Of a stretch of DNA of 32,000 nt, positions 10,145 through 18,823 are shown one piece after another (position 1 is the stretch's first letter; every line of letters begins with the position of its first letter). Made by a program: the position numbers and the translations under genes. Location of the stretch: assembly GCF_053903005.1 (NCBI RefSeq), contig NZ_AP045057.1, one strand, 5' to 3'. The notes under the pieces are model-generated. The model ran no database searches. It was not told the origin of the DNA and saw nothing but the letters and a program-made list of their open reading frames with translations.

Positions 10145-11647
10145 TTAGACATAACGTTGAGGTAGAGAAACGCTGACACGCGTGCCGTGCAGACAGGAAA
10201 TGTGTAATGTGCCGCCCAGCGCCGTTACGCGCTCGCGCATTCCGGTGAGGCCAAAACCTTGTTGCCCGGAACCCGGCGGCAAACCGCTGCCATCGTCTTC
10301 AATCACCAGCATCAACCGTTCATCCTGCTGCCAGCCTTGCAGCGTAACCGCGCTGGCATCGGCATGTTTCACAATGTTGTTCAGCCCTTCCTGGCAGACG
10401 CGAAACAGCGTCACGCGCTGGTTTTCGCTTAACGCTGACTCATCGATACGCCATTCGAGATGGCTGACAATGCCGCGCCCTTCCAGCTCCATTTCCCGCA
10501 TCAGTGAGCGGATGGCCTGCTCCAGGGTGAGATCATCCAGCTGGCGCGGACGTAACCGCCCTAACAAACGGCGCACCGCATCGTAAACACCCAGCGACAG
10601 TTGTTCGATGAGCTGCCCGCTCTGCTTCACGCTGGCGTTATCTGCCGCCAGTCGCTGGACAATGCCCGCCTGAGTACGAATGGCAGTGATGGTCTGACCT
10701 ATATCATCGTGCAGCTCACGCGCCACATCACGGCGCACGCTCTCTTCGGTTTCTAACAAACGTTCAGCCAGATGCTGATTGCGCGCCAGTTCTTTTTGCA
10801 GCGACTGGTTAAGTTCACGCAACCGCTGGATGCCAGCGCCAAGCAACAACCCTGTCAGACTTTGCACCAGCAGCGAGAGCAATAAGTCCACCGGATGATC
10901 GCGCCAGGTTTGACTGGCGATCAGCGCGATGGCGTTCATCAACGTCGCAATCAGCGCCCCTTGCCAACCATAGTGCCAGGCCAGCGCGATAATCGGCAGC
11001 GCCAGACAGAATGGCGTAAAGCGCGACAGTTCGGCCGGCAATCCCAACTGGAGCCAGAGACTGATAACAAACAGCAGCAAGTACCAGACCAGATGTCGCC
11101 CGCGCCAGTTGATCGGTTGAGAAACTAACGACGGGCCGAGCGGCAGCCAGGTGTTATTGGCGAGATAGTGCCAGAACACCAGACATATAGGGGCCAGCGT
11201 CAGGCCGCCAGTTAAAGTCAGTAGTAGCGCATTCCACGACTCTTTGCCGTGCCAAAGCCAGGGCAGCGACTGCAACAACGCCGCCGCCGTCAGGGCCGCC
11301 CCCTGTAACAGCAAGGTGCGCCAGTCACGTTGATGGCGATAGCGCGAGATCAGCGCAACGGGTAGTAACGTCAGTAAACTACCGATCATCAATAAGGAAA
11401 AATGGGTTAAACCGACCGCCTGCGTTAGCCAGTAAATCAGCAGCCACTCCGCGCCCAGCAGCACCGGCCAGTATCCGCGCGGGCATTGCAGCATTAGCCC
11501 CAGACGCAGACCAAACGGAAATAACAGCACCGCCATATCAGGGCGCTCAACCAGGTGCAGGCTGATACTCCACAAGCAAAACCATGCGGCAGAGAAGATA
11601 AAAAAGCAGGCAATAACGGTAATTAAGCGGGAGAACAACGTCTTCAT
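10145..11647 (-). CDS. uhpB: Sensor histidine kinase UhpB
   Basis: '[27 protein letters not shown]' HisKA_3 box, '[22 protein letters not shown]' ATPase motif, N-terminal MASE1-like membrane region. Start [10 protein letters not shown] at 11647. Confidence 0.95.
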   Translation of the reverse strand: MKTLFSRLITVIACFFIFSAAWFCLWSISLHLVERPDMAVLLFPFGLRLGLMLQCPRGYWPVLLGAEWLLIYWLTQAVGLTHFSLLMIGSLLTLLPVALISRYRHQRDWRTLLLQGAALTAAALLQSLPWLWHGKESWNALLLTLTGGLTLAPICLVFWHYLANNTWLPLGPSLVSQPINWRGRHLVWYLLLFVISLWLQLGLPAELSRFTPFCLALPIIALAWHYGWQGALIATLMNAIALIASQTWRDHPVDLLLSLLVQSLTGLLLGAGIQRLRELNQSLQKELARNQHLAERLLETEESVRRDVARELHDDIGQTITAIRTQAGIVQRLAADNASVKQSGQLIEQLSLGVYDAVRRLLGRLRPRQLDDLTLEQAIRSLMREMELEGRGIVSHLEWRIDESALSENQRVTLFRVCQEGLNNIVKHADASAVTLQGWQQDERLMLVIEDDGSGLPPGSGQQGFGLTGMRERVTALGGTLHISCLHGTRVSVSLPQRYV

Positions 11648-12237
11648 CACCAGCCATCAAACATGCGGCGCGCCAGTTCAACGTCGTTACTGACACCCAG
11701 TTTTTCCATCAGGTTGGCACGATGTACATGCACAGTTTTTGGCGACAAACCTAGTTCGGCGGCAATCTCTTTCACCGCCATTCCTTGCGCCAGTTTTTCC
11801 GCCACCTGGCGTTCACGTTTGGTTAGCGGGTCCTGGCGACCGGATGCCAGTTTAATGGCAATATCCGGCGTCAGATAACAGCCGCCCGTGGCAACCGTAT
11901 GCACCGCAGAAATCAGTTCATCCGGGCTACAGCGTTTGGAGAGAAAGCCGCGCGCCCCCGCGTTAAGCGCCTGCTCAACCAGCGCCGGACTGTCATGAAC
12001 GGAGAGCATAATCGTCGCCATACCTTTCGGCAGCTGGCTTAGCAGCTCCAGACCGGAGATATCGGGCATGGAGATATCGCAAATACACACCTGCACACCG
12101 CGCCCCGGCAGCCCCGCCAGCGCCTCGCGCCCCGAACCAAACTCGGCAACTACTTGCAAATCAGGTTCCAGCCCCAGCAACTGCGCAAAGCCGGAGCGGA
12201 CGATAAGGTGATCGTCTATAAGGGCAACGGTGATCAT
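11647..12237 (-). CDS. uhpA: LuxR/NarL-family response regulator UhpA
   Basis: 196 aa from [24 protein letters not shown]; C-terminal LuxR HTH '[45 protein letters not shown]'. Confidence 0.95.
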   Translation of the reverse strand: MITVALIDDHLIVRSGFAQLLGLEPDLQVVAEFGSGREALAGLPGRGVQVCICDISMPDISGLELLSQLPKGMATIMLSVHDSPALVEQALNAGARGFLSKRCSPDELISAVHTVATGGCYLTPDIAIKLASGRQDPLTKRERQVAEKLAQGMAVKEIAAELGLSPKTVHVHRANLMEKLGVSNDVELARRMFDGW

Positions 12238-12344
12238 GATTGGGTCCTGGCGGATAAAAAACGCGCATACCTTAACGATAAGCGCGATGTTGTTCAAGTT
12301 GGATATGGGGTATGTATTGGCTTAATGATGTTGGTCTTATCGTC

Positions 12345-12372
12345 AAAACGCTTACCTGAAAGGTAAGCGTTT
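12345..12372 (-). terminator. Candidate intrinsic terminator for the island gene at 12399-13868
   Basis: Perfect 12-bp stem AAACGCTTACCT-GAA-AGGTAAGCGTTT; the reverse strand continues with T residues (GCGTTTTGAC) just after the gene's stop. Confidence 0.65.
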
Positions 12373-12398
12373 GGTACGTGTTATTGCGAAAAAGCGAA

Positions 12399-13868
12399 TT
12401 ATTTGTAGGTTGCGATTGCAATATTGCCTGAGAAATTTCTCCTCCTGTTGCGGAAATCGTTTTCAGGTAACAAAGAGTCATCCAGAAACCTATAATCTTC
12501 AGCGGAACGCTCATTAAGAGAGTCATCCACTGAGTCGTTATGAATATAATCCTCACCGTATGTTCGATAAATGAAATTAGCAATATTAAAATCGTTACCA
12601 GCTTCATTTATTTCGGCTTTTACAATATAATGAGTTTGTGTGAATGTATGCTGTGAAAAGTCAGCAAAAAGAAAATTTGTTTTTCCCATCAAAGCACAAA
12701 ACCCTGGGTTACTATTAAACCCGGCAGAAATAGAATTGCTTGCCTGTATTGCATTAATATCCCCCCTATCAAGCGCGACAGGAAATGCCTGTGAACAAGC
12801 ATAATACAGGTTACCTATTCCTGAAATACTGGAGAGGCAAGAAATAATATTTTCTCTGGTTTTTTTCTCAACACCATCTTTCTGTAGAGAGTTTCTCACA
12901 ATATTACATTCATCTGGCGTAAATACAATTTCACTAAAAAGTTTTTCGAAATCTTTATATTTTCTAACACCTCCATGACCAGACAAAGCCATGGTTTTAC
13001 TCCTCAGTAATTCATGGATAGTGCTATTTATTTTAACTCCACAACATGCAATAAATGAGCTAGCCTCTCCAACATGTCTTGATGCATCAGCAAGAAGTGC
13101 ACTAAACTCTCCCTCCCGAACATCTAGTTTTTTTATGTCTGATTTATAACTACAATCATCTGGAATTAATTTATCTGGAATCAATTCATATTGGATTGAT
13201 TTATCTGGAGTTGATTGAGTTTGTTCATATAACGCTTTTTTTAATTGGTGCTCAGCATCAGTAACTCCACTGCTGAGTTCATTTTTAAAATTATTATTAA
13301 CAACTTCTAACTTAAGAGCATTTGCAGCAACTGTTACTTTTGAGAGTTGATACTTTTCCAATACATCGTGCTCTGATAATAACCCTATAAACTCTTTCAC
13401 ATTTCGACCACTAAAATCCCTGTCCCTACTCTTTTTTTCCAAACTCTTGCCATTTAACTCACGATACACATCAGTGACTTTAAATTTATCACTGCCGGTC
13501 TGTTCAATTTTTATATAGCTATCCATGCCAGTGGTAGCGATCCATGTTTTATAATTCGCATTCGCTGATTCAGGCGTAACATGAAAATAAGAAACCAATT
13601 TACCACTGATATCATGCCGATAGATATGAAAAGAATCTAAAATGTATAATAATATATTTCGGAAAACTTCACGAAAAGTGGCATCTTTAGATAATGTTCT
13701 ACAATTATCGAGCAGGCCGCTTTGTTCCATCGCATCAAATGCAGCAATATTACCCTCGATACTATCTCTTAGACTCTGGCTCAGGCCCTGACTCTGAGTT
13801 TGACTCTGAAACTGGCTATTATCATTCTCTGTTTCCGTTGGATATGTATAACTCGTCACACTAACCAT
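12399..13868 (-). CDS. Uncharacterised protein, island paralog A
   Basis: ORF 12399..13889 (496 aa). Probable start is ATG at 13868 (MVSVTSYTYPTETEN..., 489 aa) preceded by GAGG. No obvious signal peptide or TM helix; shares blocks with paralog B. Confidence 0.85.
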   Translation of the reverse strand: MVSVTSYTYPTETENDNSQFQSQTQSQGLSQSLRDSIEGNIAAFDAMEQSGLLDNCRTLSKDATFREVFRNILLYILDSFHIYRHDISGKLVSYFHVTPESANANYKTWIATTGMDSYIKIEQTGSDKFKVTDVYRELNGKSLEKKSRDRDFSGRNVKEFIGLLSEHDVLEKYQLSKVTVAANALKLEVVNNNFKNELSSGVTDAEHQLKKALYEQTQSTPDKSIQYELIPDKLIPDDCSYKSDIKKLDVREGEFSALLADASRHVGEASSFIACCGVKINSTIHELLRSKTMALSGHGGVRKYKDFEKLFSEIVFTPDECNIVRNSLQKDGVEKKTRENIISCLSSISGIGNLYYACSQAFPVALDRGDINAIQASNSISAGFNSNPGFCALMGKTNFLFADFSQHTFTQTHYIVKAEINEAGNDFNIANFIYRTYGEDYIHNDSVDDSLNERSAEDYRFLDDSLLPENDFRNRRRNFSGNIAIATYK

Positions 13869-13921
13869 AGTAACCTCGCAATATGACACCTTGCATATTT
13901 TGACATTTTAGAAGCATCAAT

Positions 13922-13952
13922 GGTTAGCATGATAAATATGTCAATGCTAACC
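13922..13952. repeat. 9-bp inverted repeat upstream of island paralog A (GGTTAGCAT-N13-ATGCTAACC)
   Basis: Perfect dyad starting 54 nt upstream of the proposed start codon; candidate operator or 5' UTR hairpin. Confidence 0.5.
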
Positions 13953-14044
13953 GCTATATTTCATTTATTTCAATAATAAGACCATGTGTCGTTAATTTTT
14001 AACGATTTTCCCAATGCAATTGCATCACTAATTCTACTTATTCA

Positions 14045-14062
14045 CTATCAAAAATCGCTCAT
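14045..14062. repeat. 18-bp direct repeat copy 1 (CTATCAAAAATCGCTCAT)
   Basis: Exact match to 15653-15670. Confidence 0.9.
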
Positions 14063-14143
14063 TTTTTCAAAAAGACTGTTTATACACAGACGGTTAACAA
14101 TACGCGTTCACCTTAATGATAAACGCGATTTATCAGGCAAAAA

Positions 14144-15439
14144 TCATAAATCAGCAGTTGTTGCGGCACCGAAAAATGTAAAAGTGACTTTATCGATTTT
14201 GGAGTTTTGTTCGTCGACCCTACCGGTAGTAAAATAACGAGAACACTGAAGCTTAACTTCATTTCCAACATTATTAACCGCCATCGAATACATCTTCTGA
14301 CTAAACCCATTTATAGTAAAATCCATTTCATTAAGATACTTTCCAGACCCAAAAAAAGCATTTCCTGATTTTTTTAAATGCAATGTTAATGAAGTGGCAC
14401 CATCCAAACTCTTTGAGAGTAACTCGCGAACATCTTGAGATGTATGTTGTAAGCGAGTCTGATAGCCTTGTGCGGAAGAATAATAAAAACATGTAATCCC
14501 CTGAGGACTGGCTAAGCAAGCGATTATTTCATCAATCTTATCATCCGTAATATTACCGTTTGATTGTTTTAATAATTCTCTTACCTCAGCACAATCATTA
14601 ACATCAAAGCAAAGCTGTTTAACCATTTCTTCAAGTGTGTTTTGAATATATTTTGGATATTGTTCAATTTTTTCAATTTTGTTTGCAAACTTTTTAAGAA
14701 TATCTTTACTTAACTCAACACCACAGCAAGTTATTTTTGCAGCACCACTTGGTTTAGTTTGTTCTTTTATACATCTATGAGCATCCATAGTCATAGAGTG
14801 TAAATAATCCTCAGTAATATCAATTTTTTCCTGAACAGGTAAATGGCCCTCATCTTTTTGAATTCGCAGGTTTAATAAATCATATGTATTACTCACAATG
14901 TCTGCAGGCATTTCGTAACTACAATCCGTATTCATCATAACAATACTATTAACTAATTTTTTCCTCAAAACCGTGTCAGCAGAATGTGTTTCTAACGCAG
15001 CAGTTTTTTCAGACAGCGATTTGATAATAGTCGCCACAGCCACTCCAGAATATGATGTTTCTTTTACTATTTTTTTTGTATTTTTTTCACCTGCATCAAA
15101 CTGTATAACTTTAAAGGATTTGCCACCTGTTTGTTCGATTACGGTATATTCGTTCTCTCCAGTTGCCGCCATCCAGGTACGATTACCATTATTTTCAGTG
15201 CCTGGCATAGGGTGAAAATAGTTAAGGATTTCGGTATTAACACTGCGAGAACCGGACATAATATTTGCTATTAAGCGTTTTATTTCCTGTAACATCCATT
15301 TTGCGAAATTACTGCCAGGTGAATATTTTTTCTCGTTATTTGTGATATTAAGCTCAGCAGCAATAATTCTATTTTTATCCAAAAAGGTGGAGGGGCAGGG
15401 ATTTGACATAATTGTTCCGCTGTTTATAGGGCTTGCCAT
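14144..15439 (-). CDS. Uncharacterised protein, island paralog B
   Basis: ORF 14144..15451 (tracker start is a GTG). Probable start is ATG at 15439 (MASPINSGTIMSNPCPSTF..., 431 aa) preceded by GTGAGG. Shares WxAxTG...IEQTG, DCSY, CCGV and SxxGIxxxYYxxxQ motifs with paralog A. Confidence 0.85.
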   Translation of the reverse strand: MASPINSGTIMSNPCPSTFLDKNRIIAAELNITNNEKKYSPGSNFAKWMLQEIKRLIANIMSGSRSVNTEILNYFHPMPGTENNGNRTWMAATGENEYTVIEQTGGKSFKVIQFDAGEKNTKKIVKETSYSGVAVATIIKSLSEKTAALETHSADTVLRKKLVNSIVMMNTDCSYEMPADIVSNTYDLLNLRIQKDEGHLPVQEKIDITEDYLHSMTMDAHRCIKEQTKPSGAAKITCCGVELSKDILKKFANKIEKIEQYPKYIQNTLEEMVKQLCFDVNDCAEVRELLKQSNGNITDDKIDEIIACLASPQGITCFYYSSAQGYQTRLQHTSQDVRELLSKSLDGATSLTLHLKKSGNAFFGSGKYLNEMDFTINGFSQKMYSMAVNNVGNEVKLQCSRYFTTGRVDEQNSKIDKVTFTFFGAATTADL

Positions 15440-15597
15440 AATATACCTCACGATGAACCATTAATTAATAGAATGCTGGTCATGACCACTGGTATAGACA
15501 GCAATCAGAATTTAACACCATCGCTGGAAATTTTTAGCCCTAACTGTCAACCCCCTGGTTATCGGTGCAGCGACTTAAATTAACGTCCTGGGCTAAT

Positions 15598-15630
15598 AAA
15601 TTGTGCCTGAGATGGTCTCTGGCACAATTT
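15598..15630. repeat. Inverted repeat AAATTGTGCC-N13-GGCACAATTT
   Basis: Perfect 10-bp dyad between ilvN and island paralog B; possible terminator or regulatory hairpin. Confidence 0.6.
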
Positions 15631-15652
15631 CACCCTATATATCTGAACGGAT

Positions 15653-15670
15653 CTATCAAAAATCGCTCAT
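15653..15670. repeat. 18-bp direct repeat copy 2 (CTATCAAAAATCGCTCAT)
   Basis: Exact match to 14045-14062; located 33 bp downstream of the ilvN stop codon. Confidence 0.9.
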
Positions 15671-15703
15671 CAGTAACCCCCCCGAGCGGTTTAATATTGC
15701 TCC

Positions 15704-15994
15704 TTACTGAAAAAACACCGCAATCTTGTTAAACATTGTCGGATCGGACTGATTACGCTGCACTTTCACCACATCTTCCAGCTTATCGATTTGGCTTATC
15801 ATCTGCTCCAGACGCTGGTCGTCATTGACCAGTAGCCAGATATGGCTTTTGTCGCTGTCCTGAATCGGCAGGCAGAGAATGCCTTCGACGTTAAAAGCGC
15901 GACGGGCAAAAAGGCCACAAACGTGGGTCATTACGCCCGGATGGTTGCGAACGGTGAGTTCGAGAATCACGTTGTCATGAGTTGTGTTTTGCAT
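15704..15994 (-). CDS. ilvN: Acetolactate synthase I small (regulatory) subunit
   Basis: 96 aa, [43 protein letters not shown]; ACT domain. Confidence 0.96.
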
Positions 15995-15997
15995 GGC

Positions 15998-17686
15998 TTA
16001 TTCCCCCACCATTTCAGTATTCGCCGCACCTGGCGGCACCATCGGGTACACTTTTTCTTCGGCATCAATGCGCACATGGATCAGTGCCGGACCAGGGCGA
16101 TTGATGATTTCCTGCAATGCAGCCTGCGGATCGGCTTCGTTATTCAAATCACAGGTTTCGAGGCCGAATCCGGCGGCAATTTGCATAAAGTTGATTTTGC
16201 CCGGATAGGTGGCAGCAAAAACGCCCTGCTTGTAGAACAGACTCTGTTGCTGATGCACCAGCCCCAGCGCTTCGTTGTTCATCAGAATGATTTTGACATC
16301 CAGCTGGTTTTCGCTGGCAGTCGCCATCTCCTGAATATTCATCATCAGGCTGCCGTCGCCGGAGAAGCACAACACTTTGCGATCCGGGTTCGCCAGCGCC
16401 GCGCCAATCGCCGTAGGCAGGCCAAAACCCATCGTGCCCAGCCCACCGGAGGTCAGCCACTGGCGTGGGCGATTGAGCGGATAAGCTTGCGCGGTCCACA
16501 TCTGATGCTGACCCACGTCGGTGGTGATAATCGCGCTGTCATCGACACAGGCGGCAACGGCGTTGATCAGGCCGTAATGGCTTAACGGATCGCACGCTTT
16601 CGGGATTGGACACGGGAATTCGCGCTGCAAATCCGCTACCAACTGGTGCCACTCTGCACGCGGTTGCGCTTCCACCAGCGGGATCAACTGCGCCAGCACG
16701 TCATCAACATCCGCCTGGATCGCCACATGTGGCTGCTTGATTTTACCCAGCTCTGCGCGGTCGATATCGACATGAATAATTTTGGCATTCGGGCAGAACT
16801 GCTCGGTTTTGCCAATCGCCCGGTCATCAAAACGCGCGCCGAGAACAATCAGCAGATCCGCCTCCTGCAAGATATAGTTGGTGCTGCGCACGCCGTGCAT
16901 TCCCAGCATACCCAGCGACAACGGATGCGCTTTTGGCAACATGCCCAGCGCCATTAAAGTCATGGTGGTAGGCAGCTGCGCTTTCTCCGCCAGTTCACGC
17001 ACTCGCGCAGGCGCATTGATCACACCACCGCCCAGATAAAGCACCGGGCGTTTGGCAGCATTAATCATTGCCGCTGCGTCACGAATGCTTTCTTCGCTAA
17101 AGGCGGGCGCGACGGCTTTTTCTGCCACCGCGGGCTGTGCTTCAATCTCAAAAACTGCCGTTTGCACATCCTTAGGAATGTCTATCCACACCGGGCCAGG
17201 GCGGCCTGATTGCGCAATGCGGAAGGCATCGCTCATGACCTGCGGGAGTTCTTCGATATGTCTGACCAGATAGTTGTGTTTGGTGATGGGGATAGAGATG
17301 CCGTAGGTGTCCACTTCCTGGAAGGCGTCGGTGCCAATCATCGAGGCAGGAACCTGACCGGTGATGCAAATCAGCGGGATGGAATCCAGCCGCGCATCGG
17401 CAATGGCGGTCACCAGGTTAGTCGCACCCGGTCCGCTACAGGCCATACAGACCGCCGGTTTACCGTCGGTGCGCGCCATTCCCTGAGCGATAAACCCCGC
17501 GCCCTGTTCATGGCGAGCCAGAATATGGCGGATTTGCGTGCTTTGGCTTAAGGCATCGTAAACAGGCAGGATAGAACCGCCCGGAATGCCCGTCACAATC
17601 TTAATGCCCTGCTGTTCCAGGAAATGAACGATAAATTCTGCGCCGGTAAAGCGCTTACGCGTCGATGTTGTGCCCGAACTTGCCAT
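15998..17686 (-). CDS. ilvB: Acetolactate synthase I large subunit
   Basis: 562 aa; ThDP-dependent enzyme, 'GDGSLMMNIQEMATASENQLDVKIILMNN'. Confidence 0.96.
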   Translation of the reverse strand: MASSGTTSTRKRFTGAEFIVHFLEQQGIKIVTGIPGGSILPVYDALSQSTQIRHILARHEQGAGFIAQGMARTDGKPAVCMACSGPGATNLVTAIADARLDSIPLICITGQVPASMIGTDAFQEVDTYGISIPITKHNYLVRHIEELPQVMSDAFRIAQSGRPGPVWIDIPKDVQTAVFEIEAQPAVAEKAVAPAFSEESIRDAAAMINAAKRPVLYLGGGVINAPARVRELAEKAQLPTTMTLMALGMLPKAHPLSLGMLGMHGVRSTNYILQEADLLIVLGARFDDRAIGKTEQFCPNAKIIHVDIDRAELGKIKQPHVAIQADVDDVLAQLIPLVEAQPRAEWHQLVADLQREFPCPIPKACDPLSHYGLINAVAACVDDSAIITTDVGQHQMWTAQAYPLNRPRQWLTSGGLGTMGFGLPTAIGAALANPDRKVLCFSGDGSLMMNIQEMATASENQLDVKIILMNNEALGLVHQQQSLFYKQGVFAATYPGKINFMQIAAGFGLETCDLNNEADPQAALQEIINRPGPALIHVRIDAEEKVYPMVPPGAANTEMVGE

Positions 17687-17734
17687 GCTCCAGTCCTTTT
17701 CTTCTGGGCCGACTTTCCGGGAGGTGCTTAAACG

Positions 17735-17766
17735 AAAAACCCCGCCCGGTTTGCGCCGGCGGGGTT
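17735..17766 (-). terminator. ilvBN attenuator terminator
   Basis: Reverse strand CCCCGCCGGCGCAAACCGGGCGGGGTTTTTCG, downstream of the Val-rich leader peptide. Confidence 0.88.
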
Positions 17767-17791
17767 TTGGAATCGTGTGTTGTTCCAGTCC

Positions 17792-17890
17792 CTACGGCGC
17801 ATTGCCGACGACCACCACCACACGCACGACGACCACTGCGGCGGATGGCGCAGTTGGTAGTAGTTTTGCGTTGAACATGGAAGTAGTCAT
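17792..17890 (-). CDS. ivbL: ilvB operon leader peptide IvbL
   Basis: Manual translation: MTTSMFNAKLLPTAPSAAVVVVRVVVVVGNAP* with runs of Val codons; not in the ORF track because of its size. Confidence 0.95.
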   Translation of the reverse strand: MTTSMFNAKLLPTAPSAAVVVVRVVVVVGNAP

Positions 17891-18019
17891 TGGGGACCTT
17901 GTTGGTTTTGTGTTTAACAATATTTATACAAGCACAGCTTTACAGGGGAGACAATGGAAAATTTTTCAGCAAGGGAAAATTGAGGGGTTGATCACGTTTT
18001 GTACTGAATTGCAGGTAAC

Positions 18020-18094
18020 AAAAAACCCCGCCGGAGCGAGGTTTCGTCAGTCGCCTGCGGCTGGTAACCGCAAAGCACACTGTATTATGTCAAC
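18020..18094 (-). ncRNA. istR: IstR-1 antisense sRNA (inhibitor of tisB mRNA)
   Basis: Reverse strand GTTGACATAATACAGTGTGCTTTGCGGTTACCAGCCGCAGGCGACTGACGAAACCTCGCTCCGGCGGGGTTTTTT matches recognised IstR-1 (75 nt), including its terminator. Confidence 0.92.
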
Positions 18095-18202
18095 ACTGAA
18101 AGTATACGTGTTCCGCGCAGAACGCGCAATTTCGGCACGAATTTTGACGTATTTAGTGCATAGTTGAGTATCGATCACAGTTTGCGTTTTGTCCAAATAT
18201 TA

Positions 18203-18218
18203 CTGTTTATTTATACAG
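18203..18218. promoter_or_regulatory. LexA box of the tisB/istR promoter region
   Basis: CTGTTTATTTATACAG matches consensus CTGT-N8-ACAG exactly. Confidence 0.92.
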
Positions 18219-18331
18219 TAAACTTCTATAATATCACTGTACGCAATGTGTTATGTGGGGGCCGCATCGTTACCCGGCGCACTAAGTCCTGGCTGAAACG
18301 GGTGGTGCCGTCAGCGCCTTAACCCCGCGTG

Positions 18332-18352
18332 AGCACACTGTGTTATGTCAAC
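18332..18352 (+). promoter_or_regulatory. IstR-1 pairing site in the tisB mRNA 5' region
   Basis: AGCACACTGTGTTATGTCAAC is complementary to the 5' end of IstR-1 (GTTGACATAATACAGTGTGC), with one G-U/mismatch position. Confidence 0.85.
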
Positions 18353-18454
18353 GAGCACAACGTTTCTCCTTGAGATACCGCGTGCACAACAGCTGGCAAC
18401 AGGCAGCGGAAAGGTACGTCAGCTGGCAGTGCTCCTGAACCACAGGAGACGCGT

Positions 18455-18544
18455 ATGAGCCTGGTGGATATCGCCATTCTTATCCTCAAACTCATTGTTG
18501 CAGCACTGCAACTGCTTGATGCTGTTCTGAAATACCTGAAGTAA
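18455..18544 (+). CDS. tisB: SOS-induced membrane toxin peptide TisB
   Basis: Manual translation: MSLVDIAILILKLIVAALQLLDAVLKYLK*; recognised TisB, below the ORF track size cutoff. Confidence 0.95.
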   Translation: MSLVDIAILILKLIVAALQLLDAVLKYLK

Positions 18545-18564
18545 TTCAGATTCAAGTCGCACTA

Positions 18565-18594
18565 AAGGGGAGCGGGTAACCGCTCCCCTTTTAT
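18565..18594 (+). terminator. tisB mRNA terminator
   Basis: AAGGGGAGCGG-GTAA-CCGCTCCCCTTTT perfect 11-bp stem with T-run. Confidence 0.88.
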
Positions 18595-18613
18595 ATTTAG
18601 CGTGCGGGTTGGT

Positions 18614-18645
18614 GTCGGATGCGATGCTGATGCATCTTATCCGCC
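18614..18645. repeat. REP-like element
   Basis: GTCGGATGCGATGCTGATGCATCTTATCCGCC resembles the REP consensus. Confidence 0.7.
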
Positions 18646-18823
18646 CTACCATCCCTCCCGGCAACATTTATTGCCGCTTTTGTTTACATATTCTGCCGCT
18701 AAACAATTCCCCATTCCTGGCGTATATCTGGCTAACATTTATCAATGTGATAGATTCCTCTCCCGCATTTATGGGAATGCGTAGTGACTTATTCTAATTA
18801 TTTTTATAAAAGCATCCGTGATA

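Noticed and set aside
12272-12607. 111-aa reverse ORF overlapping the 3' end of paralog A and approaching uhpA
   Set aside because: Runs through the candidate terminator and overlaps paralog A out of frame; no family resemblance. Considered spurious.
13986-14237. 83-aa plus-strand ORF spanning the gap between the two island genes
   Set aside because: Overlaps the 3' end of paralog B antisense and has no convincing ribosome-binding site; a possible antitoxin or immunity partner was considered but cannot be supported.
12399-15439. Considered a toxin-antitoxin or toxin-immunity reading of the two island genes
   Set aside because: The two proteins are similarly sized homologs rather than a toxin and a small inhibitor, and each has its own upstream region.
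12399-15439. Considered assigning the island proteins to the EspY/SopD-like effectors
   Set aside because: No sequence resemblance I could recognise; assignment would be a guess.
15842-16585. 247-aa plus-strand ORF antisense to ilvB/ilvN
   Set aside because: Composition (Arg/Gln/His-rich) is typical of an antisense shadow of a GC-balanced gene; ilvN and ilvB are unambiguous.
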